64,000 bases of DNA from an uncultured Rikenellaceae bacterium (lineage in GTDB: Bacteria > Bacteroidota > Bacteroidia > Bacteroidales > VadinHA17), in the NCBI GenBank assembly GCA_964568875.1, contig CAZMSH010000002.1, forward strand, positions 96,991 through 160,990. The letters run 5' to 3'. Within the stretch, counting starts at the first letter, position 1. Each line of letters begins with the position of its first letter. The notes under the pieces are model-generated. The model was not told the DNA's origin. It saw only the letters and a list, made by a program, of their open reading frames with translations, and did not search any database. The position numbers and the translations under genes are program-made. This document shows positions 35,223 to 46,543 of the stretch, piece after piece.

Positions 35223-36134
35223 ATGAAGAAAAGAAGTCTGGTATCGATAGATGATCTCTCAACCGATGAGATAATCAGGTTACTCGATATGGCAACAGAA
35301 TTTGAAAAGGAGCCGATACAAAACCTGCTGGAAGGCAAAGTGGTATCGACTCTTTTTTTTGAGCCCTCCACCCGCACACGATTGAGCTTCGAAAGTGCTA
35401 TCAGCAGATTAGGCGGAAAGATAATCGGCTTTACTGATGCTTCCAGTTCGAGTGTTACCAAAGGAGAATCCCTTAATGACACTATCAGGACAGTTAACAA
35501 TTACTGCGATCTTATCGTCATGAGGCATCCTATAGAGGGTAGTGCGCGCTATGCCAGCGAGATAGCCACGGTACCGGTGGTAAACGCAGGTGACGGGGCA
35601 AACCAGCACCCTACCCAGACAATGCTCGACCTTTATTCAATAAGGAAGACCCAGGGCAAACTTGAAAATCTTAACATTTTTCTTGTCGGTGATTTAAAAT
35701 ATGGTCGTACTGTGCATTCATTGCTGATGGCTATGGCCAGATGGAATGCCACCTTCAATTTTATAGCGCCTGAAGATCTTAAGATGCCGGAAGAATATAA
35801 GATGTATCTTAAGAACCTGGGCTTGAAATATTATGAGCACACCGACTTCACTGATATTGTGTCTGAAGCAGACATAATCTACATGACCCGCGTACAAAAG
35901 GAGAGATTCTCCGATCCGATGGATTATGAAAAGGTAAAGAATGTCTATGTTCTGAGGAATTCAATGTTGAAGAAGACCAAACCGACAATGAGGATTCTCC
36001 ATCCGCTTCCCAGGGTCAACGAGATTCACACTGATGTTGACTCAAATCCGAAAGCATATTATTTTGAACAAGCCCTTAACGGGGTGTTTACCAGGCAGGC
36101 AATATTGGCTTTCCTCCTTGGAATAAAAAAATAA
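35223..36134 (+). CDS. pyrB: Aspartate carbamoyltransferase catalytic subunit
   Basis: 303 aa. Contains [16 protein letters not shown], the HPTQ motif and HPLPRVNEI. Confidence 0.95.
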   Translation: MKKRSLVSIDDLSTDEIIRLLDMATEFEKEPIQNLLEGKVVSTLFFEPSTRTRLSFESAISRLGGKIIGFTDASSSSVTKGESLNDTIRTVNNYCDLIVMRHPIEGSARYASEIATVPVVNAGDGANQHPTQTMLDLYSIRKTQGKLENLNIFLVGDLKYGRTVHSLLMAMARWNATFNFIAPEDLKMPEEYKMYLKNLGLKYYEHTDFTDIVSEADIIYMTRVQKERFSDPMDYEKVKNVYVLRNSMLKKTKPTMRILHPLPRVNEIHTDVDSNPKAYYFEQALNGVFTRQAILAFLLGIKK

Positions 36135-36146
36135 AACCTCAATCTG

Positions 36147-36605
36147 ATGAAAGAACCGAAACAATTAAGTGTCAGCGCCATAGAGAACGGTACAGTTATT
36201 GACCACATTCCGGCCAATAATCTTTTCAAGGTTATTCAGATACTGGGACTGGACCATATAGACAATCAGATTACATTCGGAACCAACCTTGAAAGCAAAA
36301 GGCTTGGGAAAAAAGCAATCATAAAAATAGCCGACATCTTCTTTGAAGAGCAAGATATTAACAGGATTGCCCTGGTCGCTCCGGATGCCAAACTTAATAT
36401 CATTAAAGGGTACGAAGTGGTTGAGAAAGCCGTCGTGGAGGTTCCTGACGAGATAGTCGGAATTGCAAAATGTGTTAACCCCAAGTGCATCACCAACTTT
36501 GAATCAGTTACTACCAGGTTCAGAGTGGTAGATAAGAAACCTGTTTCACTGAAGTGTCATTACTGTGAAAAAATAACAGACCAGGAACATCTTTCGATAA
36601 TCTGA
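36147..36605 (+). CDS. pyrI: Aspartate carbamoyltransferase regulatory subunit
   Basis: 152 aa. Contains IENGTVIDHIP and the C-terminal zinc domain CVNPKCIT...LKCHYCEK (4 Cys). Located immediately after pyrB. Confidence 0.93.
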   Translation: MKEPKQLSVSAIENGTVIDHIPANNLFKVIQILGLDHIDNQITFGTNLESKRLGKKAIIKIADIFFEEQDINRIALVAPDAKLNIIKGYEVVEKAVVEVPDEIVGIAKCVNPKCITNFESVTTRFRVVDKKPVSLKCHYCEKITDQEHLSII

Positions 36606-36705
36606 CGACAGGCCTGGTATTTTACACCCTGCAATACTAAAACTGCAATAAACTGTTGCTGCAGGTATACCTCCCGTGTAACTCTGTGATTATGTTACTT
36701 TCCGG

Positions 36706-37170
36706 TCAGCGTAACCTCTCATATGAGCGCACCAGCAGCTCGTCTTTCAGAATACCCCTGAAAGCAAGATACATAAGAACGGCTGAAACAATCGGAAAAG
36801 TGATCTTTAAGCTGAAAAGGACCGTCACTTCATATTTGGCAGCAACATAATATAGATAGAATGCTATCATTATAACCTCCCCCAGCAGCAACAGCAGTGT
36901 AAGTACTGAGGCCCGCAGCTGCAATCTTCTCCACTTGAAAAGGAAAAAGGTTATAAATGAAAGAAAAGCAACGATCAGAAGTAAAAAAGTCAATGGAAAA
37001 AGACTTTCTGTCTTGTTCCATGCGCCACCTGTAAGCTGATACAATCCATTATACCTGAGTTCGAACTCTCCTCCTTCATTTCCTATAAACGAGACTATTC
37101 CGTTAAAAAGAAGCAATACACTCAGGCATACTACCACTGCAATATACAAACTCTGGATTCGCTGGATCAT
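36706..37170 (-). CDS. DUF4293-like membrane protein
   Basis: 154 aa with 4 hydrophobic helices. The N-terminus MIQRIQSLYIAVVV matches my recollection of Bacteroidota DUF4293 proteins. Confidence 0.6.
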   Translation of the reverse strand: MIQRIQSLYIAVVVCLSVLLLFNGIVSFIGNEGGEFELRYNGLYQLTGGAWNKTESLFPLTFLLLIVAFLSFITFFLFKWRRLQLRASVLTLLLLLGEVIMIAFYLYYVAAKYEVTVLFSLKITFPIVSAVLMYLAFRGILKDELLVRSYERLR

Positions 37171-37197
37171 TTTCTTAACTGTTGGTTCACTACAAAG

Positions 37198-39708
37198 TTA
37201 GCCTCTTTTTTTAAGACTCTGATAGTCGAGATAATATAGAATTTTAAGGGAGAGGCTGTTCAAAACAGGATATTCGAACATATTCCTGAGATTGTCCATG
37301 TAATCATAAGCGATTAGAGAATCGCTGGAATAGATGGCATTTTTCCAGACAAGGGTCATTTCACTGCCGGGGGCAAATCTCCAGGTATAGACCATATCAA
37401 TGTTGAATGCGTTGTAGTTACGGTCAGGATTACCTGAATAAGTAACCGGTGAAAGGCTTCCGTTTTCCAGCAACCTAAAAAATAATCCGTCGTAATCTGC
37501 TCTTGACCAGTAGTGCCGGAGCCTGAAGGTGAGATATGAATCAGCTGTGAAAATATATTCCGATTGAATCGTCGTAGTGATGGTTGTATTATCTCTCTTG
37601 CCAAAAACAATATCATTTGTAACCTGGTCGAATGCTACCCAGCCCATTTCATTGCGGCTGTTAGAGTAATCGAGTTCGAGGCCCATTATCATTCTGGTTG
37701 ACAACTTTACCTCCTGCTCAATCCTCGATGAAAAACTTCCCTGGTCATACTCAGACCACTTTTTTGCCACCGTAGACCTAAGGTTTATATAATATATCTT
37801 GCTCTTGTCAGTGTCTATGGTAAATGTTGCATTCAGCTCCCGGGGACGGTGATAGTAGCGGCCTGTCATCCTCGGCTCATAGTAGTCATCCTCTCCACCT
37901 GGTTTATAATTGGCACTCAATCTCACAGACCAGTAATTGCTAAGAATAATCATTGAATTGTAACTAATGGCTGAACCGGTGAAAACCCTTGGTTCATAAA
38001 GCTGATTATAACTGAAAGACAGGGAGTTTCTCGTGGTGTATATTTTCCAGAACGGGATATGCGTATTGTATGACAGAGTAACTGAGTTTTCAAATTCATT
38101 GTTGCGTCTCAGATATCCCATATCATTAGGATCATAAGTATCGGAAATGGCGCTTATTTTATATTCAGCCCTGAATATTCCTCCTGTTTTTCCGCCAGTC
38201 AGCTCATACGTATGTCCGAGGTCAGCGGTGGCACTATCGAAATATTTCTGGCTTATGGCAGCCTTTCCCGAAACAGAATACTTTCTGGTTGAATTCTGAA
38301 GCCTGAAATCTGTTGCTGTTACATTCGCCGTATAATAGAACTCGTCCTTTGGGGCGTTTCTCCACACATTGGTGTTGGCAATACTAACAAATGAATTGTT
38401 TTTGAGGCTCTGGTCGAGAACCACCATATTGAAATTTGTGAAAGGTTCAGTCCTGAAACTCCTTATCTCTCCGGCAGACAGTTGCTCAATTTCTGCATAC
38501 ATTGGTTTTGTCATAGCGTTGAAGAGACCTATTCCCAGTCCGCCTCTCGTCCTGCCTGACAGTTTGGATGCGTTTATAAGGGCTGACTCCTGGGGGTTGG
38601 TAATCAGTTCCTCGTTCTCTCCCACTTGTCCGGCTGCCTGTCCATACAGTTTCGGACGCGTGCCAATTCTTCTCGAATAGAAGATATCGCCTCTCGAAAA
38701 AAGCTCTGTTCCCTCCATAAAGAAAGGCCTGCGTTCGTTATACTTTGTCTCGTACGGAGTGAGGTTCAGAACCTGATCATCTGACTGAACCTGTCCAAAA
38801 TCTGGTATCAGGGTGGCATCAAGGGTAAAACTTTCATTTATACCATACTTAATATCCAATCCTCCATTGTATGTATAGCCTGGCTTTTCTCCATCGTATT
38901 TTTCATAATATCCTGACACATATGGAGTAAGGCTCAGTCTGAGGGGAGGTATCAGATTGGAGAGCCCCTTTATTTCACCCAGGTGAGAAAAATTGGTCCC
39001 AATCTCCCTGTTGACATAACTCCATGAAGATTCTTCACGGTACCTTCTTATCTCACGCCAGAAATTTATACCCCAGGCCTGCTCCCCGACCCTTGGAAAT
39101 CTAAGTGCACTGAAAGGAATCTTTATCTCTGCAACCCAGCCTTCATCTGTCACCCTCACTCTGCTGTACCAAACTGCATCCCAGCTCATATCGCCTCTTC
39201 CCCACGACTCAGCAGAAGCTTGCCTGGCTTTACTGTCTGACTGCACGCCTGAGGCAGATAAACTGAAAGTTTCACCATTGATGCCGTCATTGAAAGTACT
39301 GATTTCAATATTGAACTTATCAGAATTGAGACCGTTGCCGGAATCGCGTTGCCCGAGATGTACGAATATGCTGTCGGGATTAGGGTCATACATCACCGCA
39401 GCAAAATAGACTGCTTCATCGTCATACAGTATACGGACTTCTGTGTCAAAGCTTGCCGGCCTGCCGCTGAATGGAGAATATTGTATGAATTTGTCTGCAA
39501 CAGGGGCTGCCTTCCAGACTTCATCATCAAGATACCCGTCAATTTTTGGCGGCTCTTGTGTTCTGACTGCAATTACAGATTTCCTATCGAAACTTACCCT
39601 ACTGTCATCCGCTTTGGCAGAAACGTAAAGAATGATTACTAATATTACTGATAATAAGCATCTTATCTTCATCAGGAGTGCCGGAAATGATTTATCTTGT
39701 AAGGCCAC
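37198..39708 (-). CDS. DUF5916 / carbohydrate-binding family 9-like domain outer-membrane-associated protein
   Basis: 836 aa. After the signal peptide, KIDGYLDDEVWKAAPVADKFIQYSPFSGRP is typical of the CBM9-like N-domain of DUF5916 proteins. The long C-terminal region is beta-rich. An alternative start is MKIRCLL at 39672. Confidence 0.65.
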   Translation of the reverse strand: MALQDKSFPALLMKIRCLLSVILVIILYVSAKADDSRVSFDRKSVIAVRTQEPPKIDGYLDDEVWKAAPVADKFIQYSPFSGRPASFDTEVRILYDDEAVYFAAVMYDPNPDSIFVHLGQRDSGNGLNSDKFNIEISTFNDGINGETFSLSASGVQSDSKARQASAESWGRGDMSWDAVWYSRVRVTDEGWVAEIKIPFSALRFPRVGEQAWGINFWREIRRYREESSWSYVNREIGTNFSHLGEIKGLSNLIPPLRLSLTPYVSGYYEKYDGEKPGYTYNGGLDIKYGINESFTLDATLIPDFGQVQSDDQVLNLTPYETKYNERRPFFMEGTELFSRGDIFYSRRIGTRPKLYGQAAGQVGENEELITNPQESALINASKLSGRTRGGLGIGLFNAMTKPMYAEIEQLSAGEIRSFRTEPFTNFNMVVLDQSLKNNSFVSIANTNVWRNAPKDEFYYTANVTATDFRLQNSTRKYSVSGKAAISQKYFDSATADLGHTYELTGGKTGGIFRAEYKISAISDTYDPNDMGYLRRNNEFENSVTLSYNTHIPFWKIYTTRNSLSFSYNQLYEPRVFTGSAISYNSMIILSNYWSVRLSANYKPGGEDDYYEPRMTGRYYHRPRELNATFTIDTDKSKIYYINLRSTVAKKWSEYDQGSFSSRIEQEVKLSTRMIMGLELDYSNSRNEMGWVAFDQVTNDIVFGKRDNTTITTTIQSEYIFTADSYLTFRLRHYWSRADYDGLFFRLLENGSLSPVTYSGNPDRNYNAFNIDMVYTWRFAPGSEMTLVWKNAIYSSDSLIAYDYMDNLRNMFEYPVLNSLSLKILYYLDYQSLKKRG

Positions 39709-40039
39709 AAAAATAATATATTGGCCATTATTTATGGCATGCTATTTACACATAAACACGGGTTAACATTATTTAACTATTTGCCTGGCATTATGGTTCT
39801 GTGGCTCAGCAATTCACTGTTTCAAACTCAGAAAAATCGAAAGTACCGCATATGCAAGCGCAATAAAAAACAGATTAAGGTTGTCAAATAACGCTGATGT
39901 TTATTTAATGACTACCTGTCTTATTAAACAAAAGTCTGTAAAATGAGTTTATAGTGTCAAACGATTTAGTTAACAGTTATTGAATTGACTATATATTTTT
40001 ATGAAAATCAGTAAAAACAAAATTTAAGAGTATCATAAC

Positions 40040-41170
40040 ATGAAGAACTTACTAAGGCCTTTGTTAACAGCACTATCTCTTCTGCTGGTAGCGGGGATCA
40101 TTATCTATCCTAAAGTGAAGGATAAACTATTCCGGAAAGAAGGACCTGCTTCAATGCAGTCAGCAGGCCCGGGGGCAGGCCCGGGTGGCGGTGGTGGAAT
40201 GAGAGGTGGCCAGGTTTTAAATGTTTCAGCAATGATTATTACTCCGTCAGTGGTGACAGAATTTATCAACAGTACCGGCACATTGATGCCTGACGAAGAG
40301 GTTGAGTTATCTTTTGAAACTTCCGGTAAGATTATCGGCATATTCTTTACAGAAGGCACAAGAGTCGCTAAAGGCGATCTGCTCGCAAAAATCAATGACA
40401 GGCATCTGCAGGCGCAATTATTAAAGCTTGAAGCCCAGCAAAAGCTAGCGCAGGAGAAGGAGTTCAGGCAACGCAGTCTCCTCGACCGTGACGCCATAAG
40501 CCGGGAGAGCTATGATCAGATAGTTACCGAACTTGAAGCGCTCAATGCCGACATCCTTTTGGTTAAGGCGCGCATAGCTGAAACAGAACTAAGGGCTCCG
40601 TTCGATGGCATTATAGGCCTCAGATATCTCAGCGAAGGAAGTTTCGCAACTACAAACACCAAAATAGCCAGACTTGTAAAAACCAGTCCATTAAAGATAG
40701 AATTCTCTATACCTGAGAGATATGCAGGAGAGATAACAAGAGGGTACCCGATCACCTTCACTATTGACGGTATCAATAATCCTTTCAGGGCTGAAGTGTA
40801 TGCTCTTGACCCTAAAATAGATGTAGGAACCAGGACAATTACGGTAAGGGCGATCTATCCTAACCGAAATGAGGAATTGAAACCGGGCCGGTTTGCTGCT
40901 ATCAATCTGAGGCTTGCAGAAGTAAGAAACGCTATCTCAATACCCTCAGAATCATTAATCCCTGAAATGGAGGGTGAAAAAGTATTCCTGTACCGCTCTG
41001 GCAGGGCAATGCCTGTAACCGTTAAGACAGGCTTAAGAACCGAAGCCACGATCCAGATAACTGAAGGCCTTAGTTTTGGAGATACCATTATCACAACCGG
41101 CATACTGCAGTTAAGGCAGAGTCTTCCGGTGGTACTGGACAATTTAGTCGTACAAAACCAACAAGAGTAA
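40040..41170 (+). CDS. RND efflux periplasmic adaptor (membrane fusion protein)
   Basis: 376 aa. It has an N-terminal TM, a Gly-rich linker, a lipoyl/hairpin region (AKINDRHLQAQLLKLEAQ...LVKARIAETELRAPFDGIIG) and a beta-barrel domain. First gene of a 3-gene efflux operon. Confidence 0.9.
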   Translation: MKNLLRPLLTALSLLLVAGIIIYPKVKDKLFRKEGPASMQSAGPGAGPGGGGGMRGGQVLNVSAMIITPSVVTEFINSTGTLMPDEEVELSFETSGKIIGIFFTEGTRVAKGDLLAKINDRHLQAQLLKLEAQQKLAQEKEFRQRSLLDRDAISRESYDQIVTELEALNADILLVKARIAETELRAPFDGIIGLRYLSEGSFATTNTKIARLVKTSPLKIEFSIPERYAGEITRGYPITFTIDGINNPFRAEVYALDPKIDVGTRTITVRAIYPNRNEELKPGRFAAINLRLAEVRNAISIPSESLIPEMEGEKVFLYRSGRAMPVTVKTGLRTEATIQITEGLSFGDTIITTGILQLRQSLPVVLDNLVVQNQQE

Positions 41171-41176
41171 ATAAAA

Positions 41177-44100
41177 ATGAGTCTATCATCAGTCAGTATA
41201 AAAAGGCCGGTACTTGCGACAGTATTCTCAATAGTGATACTGCTTTTCGGTTTCATTGGGATGACATTTCTCGGGGTAAGGGAGTTTCCAAGTGTTGATC
41301 CGCCAATAATTACGGTGAGCACCTCCTACCCCGGAGCAAATTCTGATGTTATTGAAACCCAGATTACGGAACCCCTTGAGCAATCGATAAACGGTATTCC
41401 GGGAATCCGTACCCTTACAAGCGTCAGCCGGCCGGGTGGAAGCAACATTACTGTTGAGTTTGAGCTGAGCGTTGACATGGAAACGGCCGCAAATGATGTG
41501 CGCGACAAAGTGTCGCAAGCACAGAGAAGGCTGCCGCGTGATGTCGATCCACCCACAGTGTCGAAAGCAGATGCCGATGCAAGTCCTATAATGTTCATCG
41601 CCATCAAAAGCGACCAGCGCTCCTTGCTTGAACTCTCAGAAATAGCCGAACTTACTTTTAAGGAACAGTTGCAAACAATCCCGGGAGTAAGCAGCATTAT
41701 GATCTGGGGTGAGAAAAGATATGCAATGAGACTATGGCTCGATCCTATCAAAATGGCAGGATACGAGTTGACGCCTCTTGATGTAAGGAATGCAATTACA
41801 CGTGAAAATATTGAACTGCCGTCAGGCCGGATTGAGGGCAATACTACTGAGTTGTCAATCAGAACCCTGGGTCTTATGAGCACCCCTGCAGAGTTTAATA
41901 ATCTTATAATTAAACAGACAGGCGATCAGATTGTACGTTTTATGGATATTGGAAGAGCCGAGCTGGGTCCGGAAGATCTGAGAGGAATACTGAAAATAGA
42001 CGGTATTCCCACAGTGGGCAATGTTATTGTGCCCCAGCCTGGTGCAAATCATATTGATATTGCCGATGAGGTCTATCGCCGTCTGGAGTTTATCAAGAAA
42101 GACCTTCCTGAAGATGTTCAGGTAATGATCGGATTTGACAATACCGAGTATATCAGGACGTCAATAAAGGAGGTAAAGAATACAATATTCACTGCATTTT
42201 TTCTTGTCGTTTTCATAATATTCTTCTTCCTGCGAAACTGGCGCACTACACTTATACCTATGCTGGTAATTCCTATATCACTTGTAGGATCGTTCTTCAT
42301 AATGTATATCATGGGCTTCACCATCAATGTACTGACACTCCTCGCATTGGTGCTCGCGATAGGACTTGTTGTCGATGATGCCATTGTAATGATGGAGAAT
42401 ATTTACGTAAAGATAGAGGGAGGACTTAGTCCCTACGAAGCAGGTATAAAGGGTTCCAATGAAATATTCTTTGCCATTGTATCAACTACCATAACGCTGG
42501 TCTCTGTTTTTATACCTATTGTATTCCTTCAGGGACAGACAGGAAGGCTTTTCAGGGAGTTCAGTATTGTGATTGCAGGCGCTGTTGTGATATCATCATT
42601 TGTTGCCCTGAGTTTTACCCCGATGATATCAACCAAGCTGTTGAGAAAACAAAAAACGACTACATGGTTTTATAAAGCTACCGAAAGGTTTTTTGTCTGG
42701 CTGAATGAAACCTACAAAAACTCTCTTGCGGCATTCCTGAGAAGACGCTGGATTGCCGTGGTGATATTGTTTGCAAGTGCAGGTATAACGGTATTGCTAT
42801 GGGCAAATATACCTGCCGAAATGGCTCCTCTGGAAGACCGTTCACAAATAGCAATAAGCACTGTCACTCCTGAAGGGTCAACATATGAATTCGTGAGGGA
42901 TTATCTTGAAGATATAGCTAACACTGTTGCTGATGTAGTGCCTGAAAAAGAGAGCATTACAATGATGATAAGAGGCGGCGGGGGTTTTGTCAGGCTTGTG
43001 CTTTTAAAACCTGACGACAGAAGCAGAACACAGCAGGAGATTGCAAATCAGCTATCTGCTGAACTAAGGAAGAAAACTAAAGCGGTGGCCAGGGTAACAC
43101 AGCAGTCAACATTTGGTGGCCGAAGGGGAGGTTTGCCTGTGCAGTACGTTCTGCAGGCTACCAATATAGAGAAGTTAAGAGAGGTGCTTCCCGAATTTAT
43201 GGCCAGAGTGAATGACAGCCCGGTACTTCAGAGTGCTGATGTAAATCTGAAATTTTCAAAACCCGAACTCCAGATACATATTAACCGCGACAAGGCAAGC
43301 AGTCTGGGTGTCTCTACCCAGAACATAGGCACAACCCTTCAACTGGCGCTGAGCGGCCAGAGATTCGGGTATTTCTTTATGAACGGCAAACAATACCAGA
43401 TACTCGGCGAACTTGCCAGGCAAAACAGGAATACACCCCTGGATCTCAAATCTCTGTATGTTCGCAATAATACCGGCGATATGATACAGTTTGACAACCT
43501 GGTATCACTGCAGGAGCAGACTGCCCCGCCACAGTTGTACAGATACAACCGTTTTGTGGCTGCTACCATCTCGGCAGGCCTGGCTCCGGGAATAACAATA
43601 AGCGAAGGACTCGAGGAAATGGACCGCATTGCCAGGGATGTTCTTGATGACACCTTCAGAACTGCTCTTGCCGGTGATTCAAAAGACTTCAGAGAGAGTT
43701 CATCAAGTCTTATGTTCGCTTTTGTACTTGCCCTAGTTCTTATATTTCTTGTCTTGTCGGCCCAGTTCGAAAGTTTCAGAGATCCTTTTACAGTTATGAT
43801 GACTGTACCTATGGCTCTTACCGGAGCTTTGCTGTTCATGTGGTACTTTGATATTACCATGAACATTTTCAGCCAGATTGGTATAATAATGCTTATAGGG
43901 CTTGTTTCCAAAAACGGAATTCTGATTGTCGAATTTGCCAACCAGAGAAAAAGATCCGGCATGAACAAAATTGAAGCCATAAAGCATTCAGCAGCAGCAA
44001 GGTTCAGGCCAATTCTGATGACCAGCCTCTCCACTATCCTGGGCGTTATGCCACTGGCCCTCGGATTTGGCGAAGGCGCTCAGAGCCGAGTTGCCATGGG

Positions 44101-44212
44101 GGTTGCAGTCGTAGGCGGTCTGACACTCTCTACTCTGCTTACACTCTACGTGGTTCCTGCAATATACACATACATTTCAGGCGAATTAAAACAGGAAAAC
44201 AATGAAGCATAG
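41177..44212 (+). CDS. RND efflux transporter permease (AcrB/HAE1 type)
   Basis: 1011 aa. Opens with SIKRPVLATVFSIVILLFG. It has the 12-TM, two-large-loop architecture and GLVVDDAIVMMENI. Confidence 0.95.
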   Translation: MSLSSVSIKRPVLATVFSIVILLFGFIGMTFLGVREFPSVDPPIITVSTSYPGANSDVIETQITEPLEQSINGIPGIRTLTSVSRPGGSNITVEFELSVDMETAANDVRDKVSQAQRRLPRDVDPPTVSKADADASPIMFIAIKSDQRSLLELSEIAELTFKEQLQTIPGVSSIMIWGEKRYAMRLWLDPIKMAGYELTPLDVRNAITRENIELPSGRIEGNTTELSIRTLGLMSTPAEFNNLIIKQTGDQIVRFMDIGRAELGPEDLRGILKIDGIPTVGNVIVPQPGANHIDIADEVYRRLEFIKKDLPEDVQVMIGFDNTEYIRTSIKEVKNTIFTAFFLVVFIIFFFLRNWRTTLIPMLVIPISLVGSFFIMYIMGFTINVLTLLALVLAIGLVVDDAIVMMENIYVKIEGGLSPYEAGIKGSNEIFFAIVSTTITLVSVFIPIVFLQGQTGRLFREFSIVIAGAVVISSFVALSFTPMISTKLLRKQKTTTWFYKATERFFVWLNETYKNSLAAFLRRRWIAVVILFASAGITVLLWANIPAEMAPLEDRSQIAISTVTPEGSTYEFVRDYLEDIANTVADVVPEKESITMMIRGGGGFVRLVLLKPDDRSRTQQEIANQLSAELRKKTKAVARVTQQSTFGGRRGGLPVQYVLQATNIEKLREVLPEFMARVNDSPVLQSADVNLKFSKPELQIHINRDKASSLGVSTQNIGTTLQLALSGQRFGYFFMNGKQYQILGELARQNRNTPLDLKSLYVRNNTGDMIQFDNLVSLQEQTAPPQLYRYNRFVAATISAGLAPGITISEGLEEMDRIARDVLDDTFRTALAGDSKDFRESSSSLMFAFVLALVLIFLVLSAQFESFRDPFTVMMTVPMALTGALLFMWYFDITMNIFSQIGIIMLIGLVSKNGILIVEFANQRKRSGMNKIEAIKHSAAARFRPILMTSLSTILGVMPLALGFGEGAQSRVAMGVAVVGGLTLSTLLTLYVVPAIYTYISGELKQENNEA

Positions 44213-45521
44213 AATCACTTCAGCTATTTTATTCATTTTTGCGACAATGCATGTATCAGGACAGGTCTTGTATGACCTGAACAGTTGCATTGAAACGGGT
44301 TTGGAGAATAATTATTCAATTACCGTGGCCCGTAACAGGGAGGTGATAACCGAAAATAATTATACCAGGGGAAATGCTGGCTTACTGCCGACAATTGATT
44401 TTTCCAGCCGCTTTAACGGAACGGTGAATACAACAGAACAAAGACTGACATCGGGCGATGTCAATATTTCAAGAGGCATTCATAATGCTTCGGCAAGCGG
44501 TAATGTAACCCTGGGGTGGTCGGTATTCAGGGGATTCTCTGCTCAAACCACTTATAAAAAACTGGGGGAACTGAGAGACATAGGCGTACTAAGCACGCAG
44601 CTGTCCATTGAAAACCTGGTTGCACGTATCGTTGCTGAATACTACTATCTCATACAACAAAAAAGACTATACAACAATCTGAGGTTCGCTCTCGACCTTT
44701 CGCGGGAAAGATTGAGAATTGATGAGGCAAGCTATCTTCTCGGAAGGGCTTCCAAGCTTCAACTGCTTCAGTCAAAGGTATATTTCAATGCCGACAGCTC
44801 CCGCCTGGCGAGGCAAAGCGAGGTTTTGCGTGCATCTGAAATACGTCTTAATGAGTTAATGTCAGTTGACGACCTTTCTCAGAGAGTTGCAGTTGCTGAT
44901 ACAATGCTTATAATAGACCCTGACCTGGTATTGGACAAACTGCTCGCCGATGCGCTGAATCAAAACACCTCCCTGCAGATTGCATCCCGTAATCAAACAG
45001 TATCTCAATATGACTATAAGATTATTTCATCCAGGTCATATCCTTATGTGACACTTTCCTCAGGATACAGCGGTACTCTCAATATGTATGAATCAGGCAG
45101 CACATCCAGTCAGCTCACCAACGGGGCAAACTATGGTCTGACAGTCGGTATCAATATGTTTGATGGCTATAACAAACAAAGAGACAGGAAAAATGCCCTC
45201 CTGGAAGTTGAGAACCGCGAACTTCAGTATCTTCAGGTAGAGCAGGAACTCAGATCAGATTTGCTCACCATCTATTCAGCATATGCAAACAACCTGAGAC
45301 TTCTCATGCTTGAAGAGCAGAACCTGGAAACAGCAAAAGAAAATCTGGATATTGCCTTTGAGCGTTATATGCTTGGTAATCTGTCAGGCCTTGACCTCAG
45401 GGAGGTACAGAAAAGCCTGCTCGATGCTGAAGAACGACTTCTGTCAGTACAATACCAGACTAAGACCGCCGAAATATCATTGTTGCAGATATCGGGCAGA
45501 ATAATGGAATACCTCAGGTAA
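44202..45521 (+). CDS. TolC-family outer membrane efflux protein
   Basis: 439 aa. It has a signal peptide and two repeated coiled-coil/beta halves. It overlaps the RND gene stop by 11 nt. Confidence 0.85.
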   Translation: MKHRITSAILFIFATMHVSGQVLYDLNSCIETGLENNYSITVARNREVITENNYTRGNAGLLPTIDFSSRFNGTVNTTEQRLTSGDVNISRGIHNASASGNVTLGWSVFRGFSAQTTYKKLGELRDIGVLSTQLSIENLVARIVAEYYYLIQQKRLYNNLRFALDLSRERLRIDEASYLLGRASKLQLLQSKVYFNADSSRLARQSEVLRASEIRLNELMSVDDLSQRVAVADTMLIIDPDLVLDKLLADALNQNTSLQIASRNQTVSQYDYKIISSRSYPYVTLSSGYSGTLNMYESGSTSSQLTNGANYGLTVGINMFDGYNKQRDRKNALLEVENRELQYLQVEQELRSDLLTIYSAYANNLRLLMLEEQNLETAKENLDIAFERYMLGNLSGLDLREVQKSLLDAEERLLSVQYQTKTAEISLLQISGRIMEYLR

Positions 45522-45530
45522 GTATGCTCT

Positions 45531-46346
45531 CTAGTTTCCTCCCAGAATCAGCGGCAAACCATCTTTGCCACTGCCGATAACAACAACCTTTGAATTTGCA
45601 GAGTTGGCAAGCAGAATTGTTGCATCAATACCTTTCTGCTGGAGGATCCTGTCGGTAAGGCTCGCACTGATGATGCTATTATAATTTGAAATACCCTCAG
45701 CCTCGATGGTCTTTCTCTCCGCCTCAAGACGCTCCTTTTCGTTTATGAATCTCATAGCCAGAGCCTCCTGTTCGCGTGTAAGCTTGCTCTCAATGGCTTG
45801 CTTGATGTCTGTGGGCAGGTTAATAGACCTGATAAGCAGGGCCTTCATTTCAATATTGTTTTTCAGAAGGACCTCCGCAGCCTCCCTGATAATTGTCTGT
45901 TCAATCTCATCACGTTTTGTAGAGTATATCTCTTCAGCAGTATAACGTCCGGTAATGCGACGGAATGTTGACCGTATCTCGGGAATTATCAGTGTATTTC
46001 TGTATCCTACACCGAAATTCTCATGCAGATATGCTATTCTGTCATAAGCCGGATTATGCCTGATGGTAACATCAATGTTTATCTGTAGTCCGTTTCTGTC
46101 AAGAACATCCATGGTCTCTTCGCTTGTCTGTTCCTTAACATCATACCTGTACAACTCATCCCATGGAGCAATTATTTTCAGTCCGGGTTGTACAACCTTG
46201 TCCCTCTCAAGCTTTCCCGAGATTGTATGGAACACAATACCCCGCTCGCCAGGTTTTAGTCCGTAAAAGCTCCTTGATATAAAAGCTATCAGAAAAATAG
46301 CGCATAGCGCAATTACAGTAATTACAGCAATTTGTCTTGGTTTCAT
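45531..46346 (-). CDS. SPFH/Band-7 (prohibitin/HflC-like) membrane protein
   Basis: 271 aa. An N-terminal TM is followed by the SPFH core (ERGIVFHTISGKL...GLKIIAPW...) and a coiled-coil (EQEALAMRFINEKERLEAERKTIEAEG). Confidence 0.85.
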   Translation of the reverse strand: MKPRQIAVITVIALCAIFLIAFISRSFYGLKPGERGIVFHTISGKLERDKVVQPGLKIIAPWDELYRYDVKEQTSEETMDVLDRNGLQINIDVTIRHNPAYDRIAYLHENFGVGYRNTLIIPEIRSTFRRITGRYTAEEIYSTKRDEIEQTIIREAAEVLLKNNIEMKALLIRSINLPTDIKQAIESKLTREQEALAMRFINEKERLEAERKTIEAEGISNYNSIISASLTDRILQQKGIDATILLANSANSKVVVIGSGKDGLPLILGGN

Positions 46347-46543
46347 CTCTTATCTGATTTTTTGGTTAATATTATTCATATCTCCGATTTACCCCGATGT
46401 ACTTTTTTGAATATCACAAGGGGCATGACTCAAAAATAGAGTAAATTTGTGGCTTATACCCCCGCACCAGGTACAAAATCTGTGAATACTGCAGAAATGA
46501 CGGTGAATCAGGTATAAAAAAACAGATGTAAAGAAATAACTCT

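Noticed and set aside
40145-40215. Gly/Pro-rich run (GPGAGPGGGGGMRGG) near the start of the RND adaptor, considered as a repeat element or frameshift artefact
   Set aside because: It stays in frame and sits where membrane-fusion proteins commonly have a flexible linker between the membrane anchor and the first domain. There is no evidence of anything beyond low complexity.
41326-44034. Several long minus-strand ORFs (185 aa, 231 aa and others) inside the RND permease gene
   Set aside because: They are antisense shadows of a 1011-aa AcrB-type gene with unambiguous identity. None has a recognisable domain.
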